From positions 18,912,001 to 18,976,000 of the forward strand of contig CM097885.1 of NCBI GenBank assembly GCA_044892525.1: a stretch of DNA of 64,000 nucleotides. Reading direction: 5' to 3'. Both the position numbers and the translations under genes were made by a program. Positions 23,535 to 35,239 of this stretch are shown piece by piece. Within the stretch, counting starts at the first letter, position 1. Each line of letters starts with the position of its first letter. A model generated the notes under the pieces. That model was given only the letters and a program-made list of their open reading frames with translations, was not told the origin of the DNA and ran no database searches. This stretch comes from Schmidtea polychroa (lineage: Eukaryota).

Positions 23535-26500
23535 TCCTCCCCCCTTGACACTTTGGTGTCAATCTCACATCCCCATTAACTTCTCCTTCTTTTGTGATCA
23601 AGCATAATTTAGATATGCATCTTAATACCTCCTTTCCTTCACATTTTATCCTCATCACGCGTAGCTTTCCGTCTTCTCCCGGTATCACTTCGATTACTCT
23701 CCCCATTGGCCACTTCCCATACTCATTCCTTTTGTCTAAAACCCACACTGTTGACCCTGTCTTGACATCATCTTCTATCTTATTCCATTTCGCCCTTTGC
23801 CGCCAGCACGGGACCAATTCTTTCATCCATCGCCGCCAGAAGTGCTCGGTTAACTCCTGAATTCGTCTCCACCGAAACATCGTACATGACATTTTCTTCA
23901 CTTCTATATTTTCCACAGCTTCTCCTTTCCAACCGGCAATTAATAAATGATTTGGAGTTAGCACAGCGTCTTCCTTACTGTCTACTGCCTGAACCACTAA
24001 GGGCCGAGAATTTATCAACATTTCAGCCCTTGTCAAAACATTTCCCAATTCTTCGTCGGTCACATCTGCACTTGTCAGTAAGGCATTCATAGCTCGCTTT
24101 GCCGATTTGATCATGGACTCAAAAACTCCCCCAAAATGCGGTGCTGATGGAGGATTGAAGATCCAACTACATTGATGCTTCGACAACTCTCTTTGAGTTT
24201 TATAGTTGTCGATTACAAAATTCTTTACTGTAGAAGTGGCGCCTATGAAATTTGTGCCATTGTCTGAGATCATCAATTTTGGCATCCCCCGCCTCGCTGC
24301 AAACCTCATAAACGGTCGAATGAATGAGTCTGTGTCCAACCCATATGCCATTTCAATATGCACCGCCCGTGACTTTAAACATACGAATAGGCAAATGTAC
24401 CTTTTATTTCTCACCTTTCCTCTGCCTACTTTAGTTTCAAACGGTCCTGCAAAATCTACTGCCGAGTGAACAAAGGCTCTAAAAGGTTCTGAAACTCTGA
24501 ACGCCGGTAACGGTGCCATTATTTGACTCATTCCTTTAGCTTTTCTTTTTCTACACATTCCGCAATCTGTCTCACATTGTTTGATCATTACTTTGGCCTT
24601 CAAAATCCAATATTTTTCGTTCAACACACTTAAGACATGTTGAGTTCCTGCATAATGGCTCAAACTTTCATGGCAATCTTTGATGATTAGTCTGGTGACC
24701 CAACTCTTGTCCGATAGAATTATTGGATATTTTGTCTCCCATGGTAAATTCTTTGCATGAATTATGCGGCTATTACTTCGTAACACAGTCATCTCATCTA
24801 AAACTGGTGTCAACTTTAACAAACGGCTTCTGATATCTACCCTTTCATTCTTGATAAGTCGTGCCAGGTCCTCAGAGAAAAACTTCGCCTGCTCTCCTTT
24901 AATTACATTGAGTTCCATTCTTTTAAGCTCCTCAGTTGTCAGTTGCCCTGTGGTTCTTTGGGACTGTGTCGTTCTCGTGTTCAAAATAAATCGCTCCACC
25001 CAGGCCCGCACCCTGATCAATCTCTGCCATGAGGAAAAGGTTTCTACTTTGAAACAGTCCGTGTTCCCTATTCGTCTTTGCCCATCTACACACGCCATCA
25101 TTGTTATTCCCTTTCGCAACTCCTTTGTTACACTGGATTGGTTTAACTCCGTCGCTGGCCAATTTCCCATTGGTTCTAGTAGAAATTTCGGTCCCTCCCA
25201 CCACATGGTGCTGTTTATCAAATCCGATGCCGATAATCCTCTTGTGATCAAATCCGATGGATTTTCACTTGTTGGAACATAATGCCATTGCCCAGGTTTG
25301 GTCATTTCTTGAATGAACCCAATTCGATTAGCTACGAATGGCTTGAATAGTCTCGAATAATTTCGAACCCAATGTATTACGTCTTTACTATCGGACCAGA
25401 ACCATATCTCACTCATCGGTTTCCCGAGCACTTCTGAAACCCGTCTTGCTAATTTAACTCCAGTACACGCGGCCATTAATTCCAACCTTGGTATACTTAT
25501 AATTTGCACTGGAGCTACCTTTGCCCTTGACGCAATTAACACACTTTTAGGTCCCACCATAGTTTCTTCCCGTAGATATATAGCTGACCCATATGCGGTG
25601 CTTGACGCATCGGAGAAGACATGTAATTGCCATTCATTTTTCATTTGAGTCCTTAAACATCTCGCAATTCGCAGATCTCCGAAATTATTTGTGTCCTCTA
25701 CCCACTTGTGTATTTCTTTATTCAACTTTGGAGGTAGCTTTTCGTCCCAATCAAGCCCTGACAACCACAACTTCTGAATAATCTTTTTCCCTATGATTAT
25801 GAATGGGCCTAACAGTCCCAATGGATCAAAGATTCTTGCCACTATGCTCAATACCTTTCTTTTCGATAAACATTCCTCATTCGGCAGATCTACTTGAAAA
25901 CTAAATTCATCGTCTTCCGAGTACCATTTCAAACCTAGGGTCTTGACGGCCATTGTCGTTTCCTTTTCAATATTCAGTGTTTTAGCTCGTTCTTCAATTG
26001 GGATTGTCGCCATAATTCTTTCCGAGTTGGACAGCCATTTTCTAGGCCGCATTCCGGCATTGCCCCAAACTGTTTCTAGCCCCTCTTTCAGCCTCATTCC
26101 TTCTTCTTCAGAATCAACAGAGTCCATGGTGTCGTCCATATACGTAGACTTGCAAATAGATTCTGTCACTTTTGGGTAGTCCTTTTCAAATTTCTTTGCA
26201 TTCTCTTGCGCGACTAGCTGGGCAAGGAATGGAGATGCATTAAGACCAAACACTAACCGATTAAACTCATACTTAATAATTTTCCCCCCAGTTGACCATA
26301 AAAATCGATGATATTTCCTGTCTTCAAGAGCCATTCTTATTTGCAGATACATTTCTGCTATATCACAAACAACAGCTACGGAAAATCGACGAAAACGAAT
26401 TAAAATATCAAAAACTTCATTTTGTAATTTTGGGCCAACTTCCACCATATCATTAAGTCCCACCCCATTACACCTGGCTGCCGCATCAAACACAATACGC

Positions 26501-27146
26501 ACTTTCGTGGTGTCCTTATCTCTTCTAACCACGGGAAAGTGTGGTAATATCCATTCCGAATCTCCAGGCATCATTTTCTCTTTTACAATACTTATATAAT
26601 CTTTTTTCAGGTAACCATTCAAAATATCCTGATACTCAGTTCGTAAGTCTTCCTTTTCAAGCCTCTTGTCCAAACTTCGCAGTCGACTTTCTGCCATTTT
26701 TTCACTATTGGGCAAAGCTGTTGGTGACTCTTTCCATGGCACTCTTACCTCGAAATGTCCGTCTACTTTCTTCATCTCAGATTTGGTTTTCTCATAAATC
26801 GCTTGGTCTTTCACTGCAAATATATTTTCCTTTAAGCCGCTATCATCAATTTCCCAAAATCGCTCCATCTGTCGTTGCAAATCCTCGCCATTACCGAAGA
26901 ACGTTCGTATGAAATTGCTTTGATGGTTCCAAGTTCTTCCCACCGAGGTTCTTCCCACACATGTCAAGCCAAGTGGCGTTAAACGGGCAATCGGTTCATC
27001 CAACTTACCATCGATTTCTTTGAGTGCTCGTTGAAGCGTTAAATAATCCGCGCCAATTAACACTTCAACTGCCTGTCTCTCGTCTAGCATCGGAAAATGG
27101 ATGCCCTTCAGGTGAGTCCACTTATGTTTTTCTCTGGCCCAATTTA
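23356..27146 (-). CDS. BEL/Pao Pol (end of protease region, RT, RNase H, integrase)
   Basis: KVRIVFDAAA, CDIAEMYLQI, FGLNASPFLA, YMDD, FSDASSTAYG, IPRLELMAA, VDFAGP, SDNGTNF, GGVFESMIK. Separated from gag by a 1-nt frameshift near 27150. Confidence 0.95.
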
Positions 27147-29861
27147 CTACCTCATTTCTCCCGTGATATTTGTTACGGCCAGTGCGTTGAAGTTTTTCGT
27201 CAATCGGCCGTCATTACTAATTAACTTCATGGTCACTGGAGTAGCCATCATTTGTTGGACATTACCTCCGATAACCCCTATCGGTGTCCTCTTTTCCACC
27301 CCTTTTAACCCAAGCTCCTTTAAAATTCTTAGATTGATGTAGCTTACTGAGCTTGCATCATCTAACAGTGCATTGACTTTTATTTTCTTGTTCCCATTTT
27401 CCAGGTAGATTGGAATTGTTCTTAAACTAAGGTAAGGTCTTAGGTTTTTCTCGTTCATCCCTTTCTGGGTCAGCATCGTGTTGTTACCTTTTTCACTCTC
27501 CTCACTAATTTGTCTTTCATGTAATAATTCGTTGTGCCTTTGCTTACATCCGGTAACCTTGCAGAAAGATTCTTTACGACATTCCTTGGCCATGTGATTT
27601 CTTTTGAAGTAATTCCTGCACAGTTTCTTTTCTTCGATGACTTTCTTCCTTTTAGGAATTGTGAGTTGCTTGAACTTGTCACATTGGTCTAGGTAATGTT
27701 GACCACCACAGTGTACACACTCTGATCTATAGCCGTTAGAGTTATTCACCTGTATAACTGTTCCACTTTTAACTCTGCCATCTGGTTGCCCCGTAAAATG
27801 CGTCCGACCTCCAGGATTGAATCTTTCTCTTCCCCTAGACACCCCTTCTACTCTTGACCCATCATAAGCCCTGGTGCTTGGTTTAGTCCCATACACAACC
27901 TCGTTAGTGGACCTTAGGATCTCCGCTTCTTGTTGTATCCATCTTCTCAAATCCTCTATTGTCTCCCGCAATTCCTTTTCTATTTTGTCTTTTTTCCATT
28001 TATACACAAGATTCGTCGTTAACTTGCCCAAACACTTTTGAAAAAGATAGCCAGTCTTTAACTCGGATTCTTTCCCAGTGGATTTAAATCGCACGGTGAC
28101 CGTTTCTAATAATCCAACAAATGAGTCTAGATCCTTCAAATCTCCTTCTCGAATTGGCCTGAACTGTTCCATCTCCTCTAACATTGATAAATATATCCTT
28201 TCATCCCCACCATATCGCCTATCCAACTTCTCTTTTGCCATTTGATAAGCCTCTGCCGAATATCCAAGATTTTCAATTAACTTTAATGGCTCTCCGTGAA
28301 GGTACTTGTGCAGGTGAAACATCTTTTCAACCTCATCACCTTCCGCTTCGTCAACACATGCAGTAAAAGCTGCTTTCCATGGTTCGTAATCTTTCATCTT
28401 GCCTTCAAAAACAGGGATTGTAATTTTCTGTAGACTTTCCAGTTTTCTTTTATGCCCGGAATTATTCTTCTTGATGGTATCATCATTCACATTTTCCTTC
28501 TCTTCCATAAAAGATTGATTTGCTTTTCTTTCCATCAATGCCCCAATTATTTGATGTTTTTCCTCGATCTCTTGCAGGTCTTTATCTAAGATTGCAGTGA
28601 TGTCCAATCTTTGCAATTTTTTACTGATTGTTCTCAGATCCCCTAATTCTTCATCTAGACTCTCCTTTTGATCTTCATATTCCGCCAACCATTCGCTAAC
28701 ATCCTTCCCATTTATATCATTGAGAATCTTGTTTCTTAATCTCGTTAATTTTCCTTTTTTCATTCTCTTTTTCCACAGTCCTTCTTCTAAAATCTCTTCG
28801 TCATTGCCCCCGCACAGCCTGAGTGACAAATGAAGTGTCGACCCTACTTGTATCCTATAATCATTCAATCTTCTTTTATTTTCTAACTGCTTTCCTGCGT
28901 ATACTAACATTTGATAATTTTCCGGAATTCCTTCTTTGTCCTGGATTTTTCCTTTTATCTTTTCAATTGTGTCCTTCCATTTAACGTCCAGAGTAATTGT
29001 CTTACCAGTAAGAGTTTTGACAAATATTTGACTTTCCCATCGCAACTCAAAACCCATTACCCCGCTCGCCCTCACCCTTGACTCAGCTCTGTTATTTACC
29101 CTGTTCCCCTGGCTTCCCCCTTTAAAAGAGTGCTGGGGCCCATAGCAGCACTTTCCCACGCTCGGTAGGGAAGGGAGGATGTTTAATTTTACAAAAGTAT
29201 TATAATATATACATAATATGCGTGACCACAAACAAGATTCTTTATAATACATATTAATTACCAAAATATTATTAATTACAAAAATATTATTAAACACATA
29301 ATAAACATAATATTTACATAATATATATAAAACCAAAAAAGACATTTTATAATACATATTAATTACCTTGTTCCGGCTGGCTAGCCGGAACCACGCTCTG
29401 CTACCATGTTCATTTTTAAAGTCAATATCGCGAACAATGATTTTATTTTTGGATAACAATTTGTCCAGGTCTATAATCGAAGATACCGCCATCATTGAAC
29501 ATCCTAATGGCCGCCTTGGTGCCGATTGGGAATGGAATTGAGCCATATCCGCCATAGAACGCCATATCCTGTCGCAAGGCATTTCATATCCATGTTTATA
29601 TCTAAATCGAGCTGCTTCCATTTGTGCACGACATACTTGAGATCGACAATCAGGGATCATACCAATCATAACGCCTCCAGTACTTTCAGTAATATTAAAC
29701 AATCTCGTAGCTGAACTCGTCTCAATCATTTTATCGGGAACTTTTCCTTTCGCATATACAACAATAATTCCATCTAAATCAATAGTTCTGATTTTAAAGT
29801 CAACTCCAATTGTGCTTCTGCATTGTTCAGTATAAGTATCATCTTCCAATTCGGGATTCAT
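27147..29861 (-). CDS. LTR-initiated polyprotein: host-derived leader - ubiquitin - Gag - aspartic protease
   Basis: Rab1 and PSMA6 fragments, read-through of the PBS ([14 protein letters not shown]), ubiquitin 28806-29033 ending LRLCGG, Pao-type Gag (IPVFEG..YEPW), Cys/His knuckles, protease ALLDDASS. Confidence 0.88.
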   Translation of the reverse strand: MNPELEDDTYTEQCRSTIGVDFKIRTIDLDGIIVVYAKGKVPDKMIETSSATRLFNITESTGGVMIGMIPDCRSQVCRAQMEAARFRYKHGYEMPCDRIWRSMADMAQFHSQSAPRRPLGCSMMAVSSIIDLDKLLSKNKIIVRDIDFKNEHGSRAWFRLASRNKVINMYYKMSFLVLYILCKYYVYYVFNNIFVINNILVINMYYKESCLWSRILCIYYNTFVKLNILPSLPSVGKCCYGPQHSFKGGSQGNRVNNRAESRVRASGVMGFELRWESQIFVKTLTGKTITLDVKWKDTIEKIKGKIQDKEGIPENYQMLVYAGKQLENKRRLNDYRIQVGSTLHLSLRLCGGNDEEILEEGLWKKRMKKGKLTRLRNKILNDINGKDVSEWLAEYEDQKESLDEELGDLRTISKKLQRLDITAILDKDLQEIEEKHQIIGALMERKANQSFMEEKENVNDDTIKKNNSGHKRKLESLQKITIPVFEGKMKDYEPWKAAFTACVDEAEGDEVEKMFHLHKYLHGEPLKLIENLGYSAEAYQMAKEKLDRRYGGDERIYLSMLEEMEQFRPIREGDLKDLDSFVGLLETVTVRFKSTGKESELKTGYLFQKCLGKLTTNLVYKWKKDKIEKELRETIEDLRRWIQQEAEILRSTNEVVYGTKPSTRAYDGSRVEGVSRGRERFNPGGRTHFTGQPDGRVKSGTVIQVNNSNGYRSECVHCGGQHYLDQCDKFKQLTIPKRKKVIEEKKLCRNYFKRNHMAKECRKESFCKVTGCKQRHNELLHERQISEESEKGNNTMLTQKGMNEKNLRPYLSLRTIPIYLENGNKKIKVNALLDDASSVSYINLRILKELGLKGVEKRTPIGVIGGNVQQMMATPVTMKLISNDGRLTKNFNALAVTNITGEMR
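29389..29406 (-). promoter_or_regulatory. Primer-binding site complementary to initiator tRNA-Met 3' end
   Basis: TGGTAGCAGAGCGTGGTT directly after the LTR's CA; metazoan tRNA-iMet ends ...CTCTGCTACCA. Confidence 0.85.
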
Positions 29862-29978
29862 TTGATTATTGGCAACGTCCGGTTTCGAAACAAATTGTTA
29901 ATTCCAATTATAATCACAAAAAACTTCTAGAACCAAATAACGAAACTTCTCCCAGTAAAACAATTTCACCAAAAAATT
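29407..29978 (-). repeat. 5' LTR of element 1, lacking ~243 bp of U3
   Basis: Identity to the 3' LTR stops at 29978; no terminal TG or TSD. Confidence 0.9.
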
Positions 29979-29991
29979 CTTATTAATAAAA

Positions 29992-30411
29992 ATGTCTTGT
30001 TATTTTATTGACTTTGTTGGTTATAATGATTATGCTGGTGGAATAATTATTAAAGAATTATGTATTATGAATGTAAATAATATTTTACGCCCAAAGTATT
30101 GGTTATTTAATGATTTACCATTTTGGGCTGGACGTGAAAATTCAGATCGATTGGAATGGTATGAAGGTGAAGATTTGTTTTGTCTAACATGTATATTGAG
30201 AGATGTAGAAGATACAAGTGGAATTTTCTATGTCACTGATCAAGATAAACTTACAGTTTTGAAAAATTATTTCCCAAATTTAAGATTAATAAAATATTCA
30301 ATCCAATTATCAGAATATTTTCCTGATAATATCTTGTGTCCTTACCGTGATCATTCTAATTGTGCTTACAAAAATTGTTTAATTGCTGTGTTAGATTATT
30401 TAAAAAATTAA
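29992..30411 (+). CDS. Maverick accessory protein, RNase H/3'-5' exonuclease-like with C-terminal Cys/His cluster
   Basis: FIDFVGY...IIKELCI at the N-terminus, CPYRDHSNCAYKNC at the C-terminus. Confidence 0.55.
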   Translation: MSCYFIDFVGYNDYAGGIIIKELCIMNVNNILRPKYWLFNDLPFWAGRENSDRLEWYEGEDLFCLTCILRDVEDTSGIFYVTDQDKLTVLKNYFPNLRLIKYSIQLSEYFPDNILCPYRDHSNCAYKNCLIAVLDYLKN

Positions 30412-30731
30412 TAAAGTTTTTGATTAAAAATTATATTATTATTAATTTTGTTATTATTACTCATATGCATTAAGATTGCAGTTTAAATGCATGATTAATC
30501 ATGTTCTCTTAGTTTGTGTTAAATTTTTATTTTGTAATGTGTGTAAGTTTTGCTTCCCAATGTGTGAAAAGTATTTCACATTGTGTGTAAATTATATTTC
30601 ATAGTGCGTGTGCATGTAATACTCTCAATTTCTATTGGGTGAATAAATATTACGCAATTTATGATATATAAAGCAATGTTTAAAAATATACCATCACTTT
30701 TTTATATACCTAAAATTTTAAACTCAACAAA

Positions 30732-31100
30732 ATGTCAAGAAATAATCAAGGAAGCCAAAGCGGAAACAGTGTCAAGAATGGCAAGATTTATTTATTTGTC
30801 ATTATTATAATTTATAGGTCTTCATCGTAATTTCAACAAAAGTTCTAACAATAACAGTGAAAACATGCCAAATGGTATTTCGTTATTATTATTATTAAAT
30901 TTATAATTATTTATTCTTTTTAGATTTTATTATAAACAACATGAATGGATGCATTATAAATGGACGAAATATGAACGAGTCAAGTACAAATAACAATAAT
31001 AATGGTAACAATTTGATTGCGCGCTGTACTGCATATGGAAAAAATGATTGCAAAATATCAAAAAGAAAATTTAAATGTAAGATTTTTAATGAATTTTTAT
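30732..31100 (+). CDS. Spliced Asn-rich exons upstream of pPolB (possible 5' extension)
   Basis: TATATAAA at ~30665; exons 30732-30780, 30818-30874, 30924-...; phase-1 GC-AG and GT-AG introns of 37 and 49 nt keep the frame open. Confidence 0.45.
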
Positions 31101-31182
31101 AAGGTTTTATTAAAAGATTTATTAATGTTTTTATTTTAATAATAATTAATACTTTAAATACAATAACTATAATATAGTACTT

Positions 31183-31186
<4 letters not shown>

Positions 31187-31253
<67 letters not shown>
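31187..31253. repeat. (AAT)n microsatellite
   Basis: About 22 perfect units. Confidence 0.95.
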
Positions 31254-31254
<1 letters not shown>

Positions 31255-31334
31255 TCTTAAACCTTTGATTTCATTCAGGCTCAAAATATCAAAATTATTG
31301 TAATAGTTCATTACATGATGATTGTGATTTCATA

Positions 31335-34300
31335 ATGGAAAAATATTACAAACATAGCCATAATCATACCATCTTTTTTATTTGCCCTGTTTGTATGAAC
31401 CCCGAGACTGTAACATATATGGAGTTTTATCATCAACATAGGGATCATTTAACTCAGTATAATTTAAAGAAAAAAGACCTTATTAATTTATTAAAAAATA
31501 ATATTTCCAATACCTATAATCCCGCTATAAATCTTAATAATGTTACTACAAGTACTAATAATATGTCTAATGTAAATAATAATAAAAGAAAAATTAATTT
31601 ACCTAATCTAAAACCCTCTAAATTTCAGACACTGATGATGAGGTCGGTCATGCCTTTGATAGTTAACTCTTATTCACTTTTTAATAATAATAATGATAAT
31701 AATAATAATAATACTTCTATTACATCAACTTCTACAGAAGTCATTATTAATCAACAAGGTGGTTCACTTGAACCTGAAACCATATTCGATTTAAATAAAA
31801 CACACGCAGAAGTTAAAATGGATGTTTCATCCTTAAATTTAAAAACAGTTTCGATCCCTACTCAGTTAATAAATGAATTAAATAAAGTTTCATCCGAGAT
31901 GGGTTCAATAAAAATTCAATTTTGTTTGAAAGTGGAATTTGTAAAAGATGAAGAATTTCAATCATTCGTTATTTCAAATTCTGCTAGATCCATGAGTGAT
32001 ACCTTCTTAGAAGATGGTATTGATTTATTAAATGAAAAAATAATTAAAGTTAACGAAAAGGGAAGCAACTGGGTTATACATAAAATTGAATATATTAGTT
32101 TTATAATAACAAAATATTCGCAAATATCCAGATTAACTGGCCGTGGATATATTTCTACACCAGAAACATTATTAAATAAAAAATGTACTGTTAATATTAA
32201 AAATACAAATGATGAATGCTTCCTATATAGTATTTTATCTATTTTGAAATATAATAGTATTAGTACCAATAGATCTAAGCCATATAATTATAATACTTCG
32301 GAATTAAAATTCGATCCTGCAGATCTCCCTATGCGCCTTTGTAATATTTCTAAATTTGAATTCCAAAACCCTGGTTTATCGATAAATATTTTAACTTATA
32401 ACGAAAATATATTAAATGATGTTAAGAATACTGAAGAAGTTATGAAACATCCTTATGTTGACATAATTTATCGATCTAAAGTTATTGGGGGGACAACAAT
32501 TAATTTAATTTTGTTAGAAGATTCTGACACATATCATTACATAGGTATTACTAATCTTGATAGACTTTTGAATTGTAACGATTCTAGTGTAACTGCTGTT
32601 AGGATTTGTAGTAAATGGTGTCCGAGATGCTTAAATGGTTTTCGAAATCCTAATTCTTTCATGAGACACAAGGGTTTGTGTGATAAAAATCAGTTAGGGA
32701 CCACTCTCTTTACATTACTCGAAGATAAATATCTTAGTTTTACAAATTGGTTAAAGATTGTCACTCCTCCATTTGTTATTTATGCCGACTTTGAGGCAAT
32801 TTTACCTAAAGATAATAAATACCATCAAAAAAATTTACCAATCTCAGCTGGTTTTGTTTTTATAAATAATTTTACAGGGGATAAATTTTATAAAAGTTTT
32901 ATAGGATTGGATTGTGTTGAACAGTTTCTTCATGAACTTGAAGAAATTGGTAAGCAAATAGTGGCTCCATATTTTGAAACACGATATAGGAAAATGATGT
33001 TTTTTAATAGTATTGACAAAATAAACTTTTCTTCGGCTGTAAATTGTCATTTGTGTAAGAAAACTTTAGTAAATCCAGTAAGAGATCATGACCATTTTTC
33101 GGGTAAATATTTAGGTGCAGCTTGCTCAACTTGTAATCTTTCTCGAAGAATTAGACCGGTTTTACCAGTTATTTTTCATAACTTGAGAGGATATGATCTC
33201 CATCATATTCTCAAAATTGGCTTAGGTAAATTTAAATCATGGAATATTAATTGTATTTCTATAACTAGTGAAAAAGTTTTAAGTTTATATGCAAGAATTG
33301 ATGGATTAACTATAAAATTTATCGATTCTTGTCAATTTATTAACGATTCCTTAAAAAATGCTGTACAAACATTAACTACATTTCCATTGACTAATTCTGA
33401 ATTTAACGGAGTAATTGTTAATAGTAAAGGCATATTCCCATATGATTTTGCAACTAGTTTAGAAGTGTTTCAGGGAACTCCCCAATTACCACCAATTTGG
33501 GATGGTGTTACTGAAGTAGAATATGATATGGCTCAGCGCATTTGAGATGAACATAATTGTAATTCACTTTTGGATTACATGATGATATATTTAAAATTAG
33601 ATGTCTTTTTACTTGCGGATTATTTCCAACAGTTTAGAGCAAAATCAATAGCTCATAACAGATTGGAACCCTTAAACTTTTTAGGCATTCCCGGTATGTC
33701 ATGGAACTCTGCACTCATGACTTTAGATCATCCAATTGAGTTGATCCAAGACATGGAGATTTATAATTTCTTTGAGGGTGGGATTCGAGGGAGATTAACA
33801 TTTGTTAATAAACATTACGTAAAATCAGATGAAAACACAGAGTTGCTCTATATAGATATTAACAACCTATATGGTTGGGCACTTAGTCAGAAACTACCAG
33901 ATGGTAATTTTAAGTGGATTAACGATGAAATAAAATTAAATAAAATTTTAGACGATTGTATGAATGTTGACTTGGAATTACTCACATTCGGTTATACTGT
34001 TGAAGTCGATTTGGAAATTCCAGAATCGATTCATGTTAAGCTTGACGATTTCCCTGTTGCAGCTGAAAAGATGTGTACACCAGGATCCAAAGTGGAGAAG
34101 TTGATGCTTACCCACTATCCTAAAAAGAATTATGTAGTTCATTGGAGACTTCTCCAGCTTTATCTAAATATTGGGGTAAAGGTCACTAAGATTCATCGCG
34201 CTATACAATTTTAACAGTCATCAATATTTAAAAATTATATAGATACTAACACACAACTTAGGGCATCATCAACAAACACATTAGATAAAAATTATTTTAA

Positions 34301-35120
34301 ACTATTAAACAACAGTCTATACGGTAAGACTGTTGAAAACCTAAAGAAACGAATTAATTTAAGACTTTGCAATTCAGCCCAAAAGGTTTTAACATATTGT
34401 TCTAAACCTAATTTCAAAAGGACTACTAAAATCGATGACGACTTAATATCTGTTATATTAAGAAAAGATTTAATATGTTTAAATAGACCAAGTTATATTG
34501 GTCAATCAGTTTTGGATTTATCAAAACTTCGTATGTACCAACTTCAGTACATTGATTTAGAAAAATATCGTATAGAATTTAATTGTAAAATTAATATAGT
34601 TGCTGGGGATACAGATTCGTTCTTTTTGGAAATTAAAAATTGCAAATTAAATTCTCTTTTACCCGCAATGATAAGGGATAATTTATTAGATACCTCTAAT
34701 TACGAGCCAACACATTCATTATATTCAAAAAACCTTGACTCTGTAATAGGGAAATTTAAAGATGAAAGCAAGGGTCTTGGATATGATGAATGGATATTTT
34801 TAAGACCAAAATGTTATAGCATGAAGGGTAGTAAGGGATGTATGAAAGCGAAGGGGGTCACAATGAAAGATACTGGACTAACTCATCAGTCGTATCTGAA
34901 TTGTTATAATAATAATGAGATTTATACAGTACCACAATTTAGGATAACGAGTAAAAACCATCAACTTTTCAGTATTAAAAATAATAAGAGGGCTTTAACT
35001 AATGCTGACGATAAGCGCAATTGGGTACTTAAAAATAAAAGTTATGCGTATGGTCATTATAGGGGGGGGGTGGTATGGTTATGGCTGATGATTCTGATGA
35101 AGAAATGTTGCTGCCCATAG
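31335..35120 (+). pseudogene. Protein-primed family B DNA polymerase (pPolB) with two in-frame stops
   Basis: YADFE exonuclease, RDHDHFSGKYLGAACSTCNL EndoVII-like insert, FHNLRGYD, YIDINNLYG, KLLNNSLYGK, GDTDS, GKFKDE, PKCYS. The three ORF-track pieces share one frame, with stops at 33543 and 34212. Confidence 0.95.
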
Positions 35121-35239
35121 TTGATCCAGATGAAGATTTGCTATATCATCCTCATTTTCCGAATGATGATGGTTGTCAATTAATAAATTTTATGATATAA
35201 AAAAAATTTGTTTTCATTCTATTTTTAAGCGTTACAAAA

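Larger units (their letters stand above)
22720..29978 (-). mobile_element. BEL/Pao LTR retrotransposon, element 1 (nested in the Maverick)
   Basis: 3' LTR 22720-23534 (TG...CA on minus), PPT 23535-23546, PBS 29389-29406, 5' LTR 29407-29978 (U3 end missing); Gag-PR-RT-RH-IN order with Pao motifs. Confidence 0.96.

Noticed and set aside
27140..27160. Programmed gag-pol frameshift or read-through in element 1
   Set aside because: The break falls inside the protease region, element 2 reads through the homologous segment in one frame, and BEL/Pao elements typically have one ORF. More likely a 1-nt deletion or sequencing error.
23594..28366. Several plus-strand ORFs opposite gag-pol
   Set aside because: Antisense shadows of the long ORF with no recognisable motifs.
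30907..31311. Poly-tyrosine ORF on the minus strand
   Set aside because: Artefact of the (AAT)n microsatellite.
33540..34215. Alternative genetic code explaining stops in pPolB and integrase
   Set aside because: Host genes and other ORFs end normally at TAA, TAG and TGA; the stops are isolated, consistent with decay.
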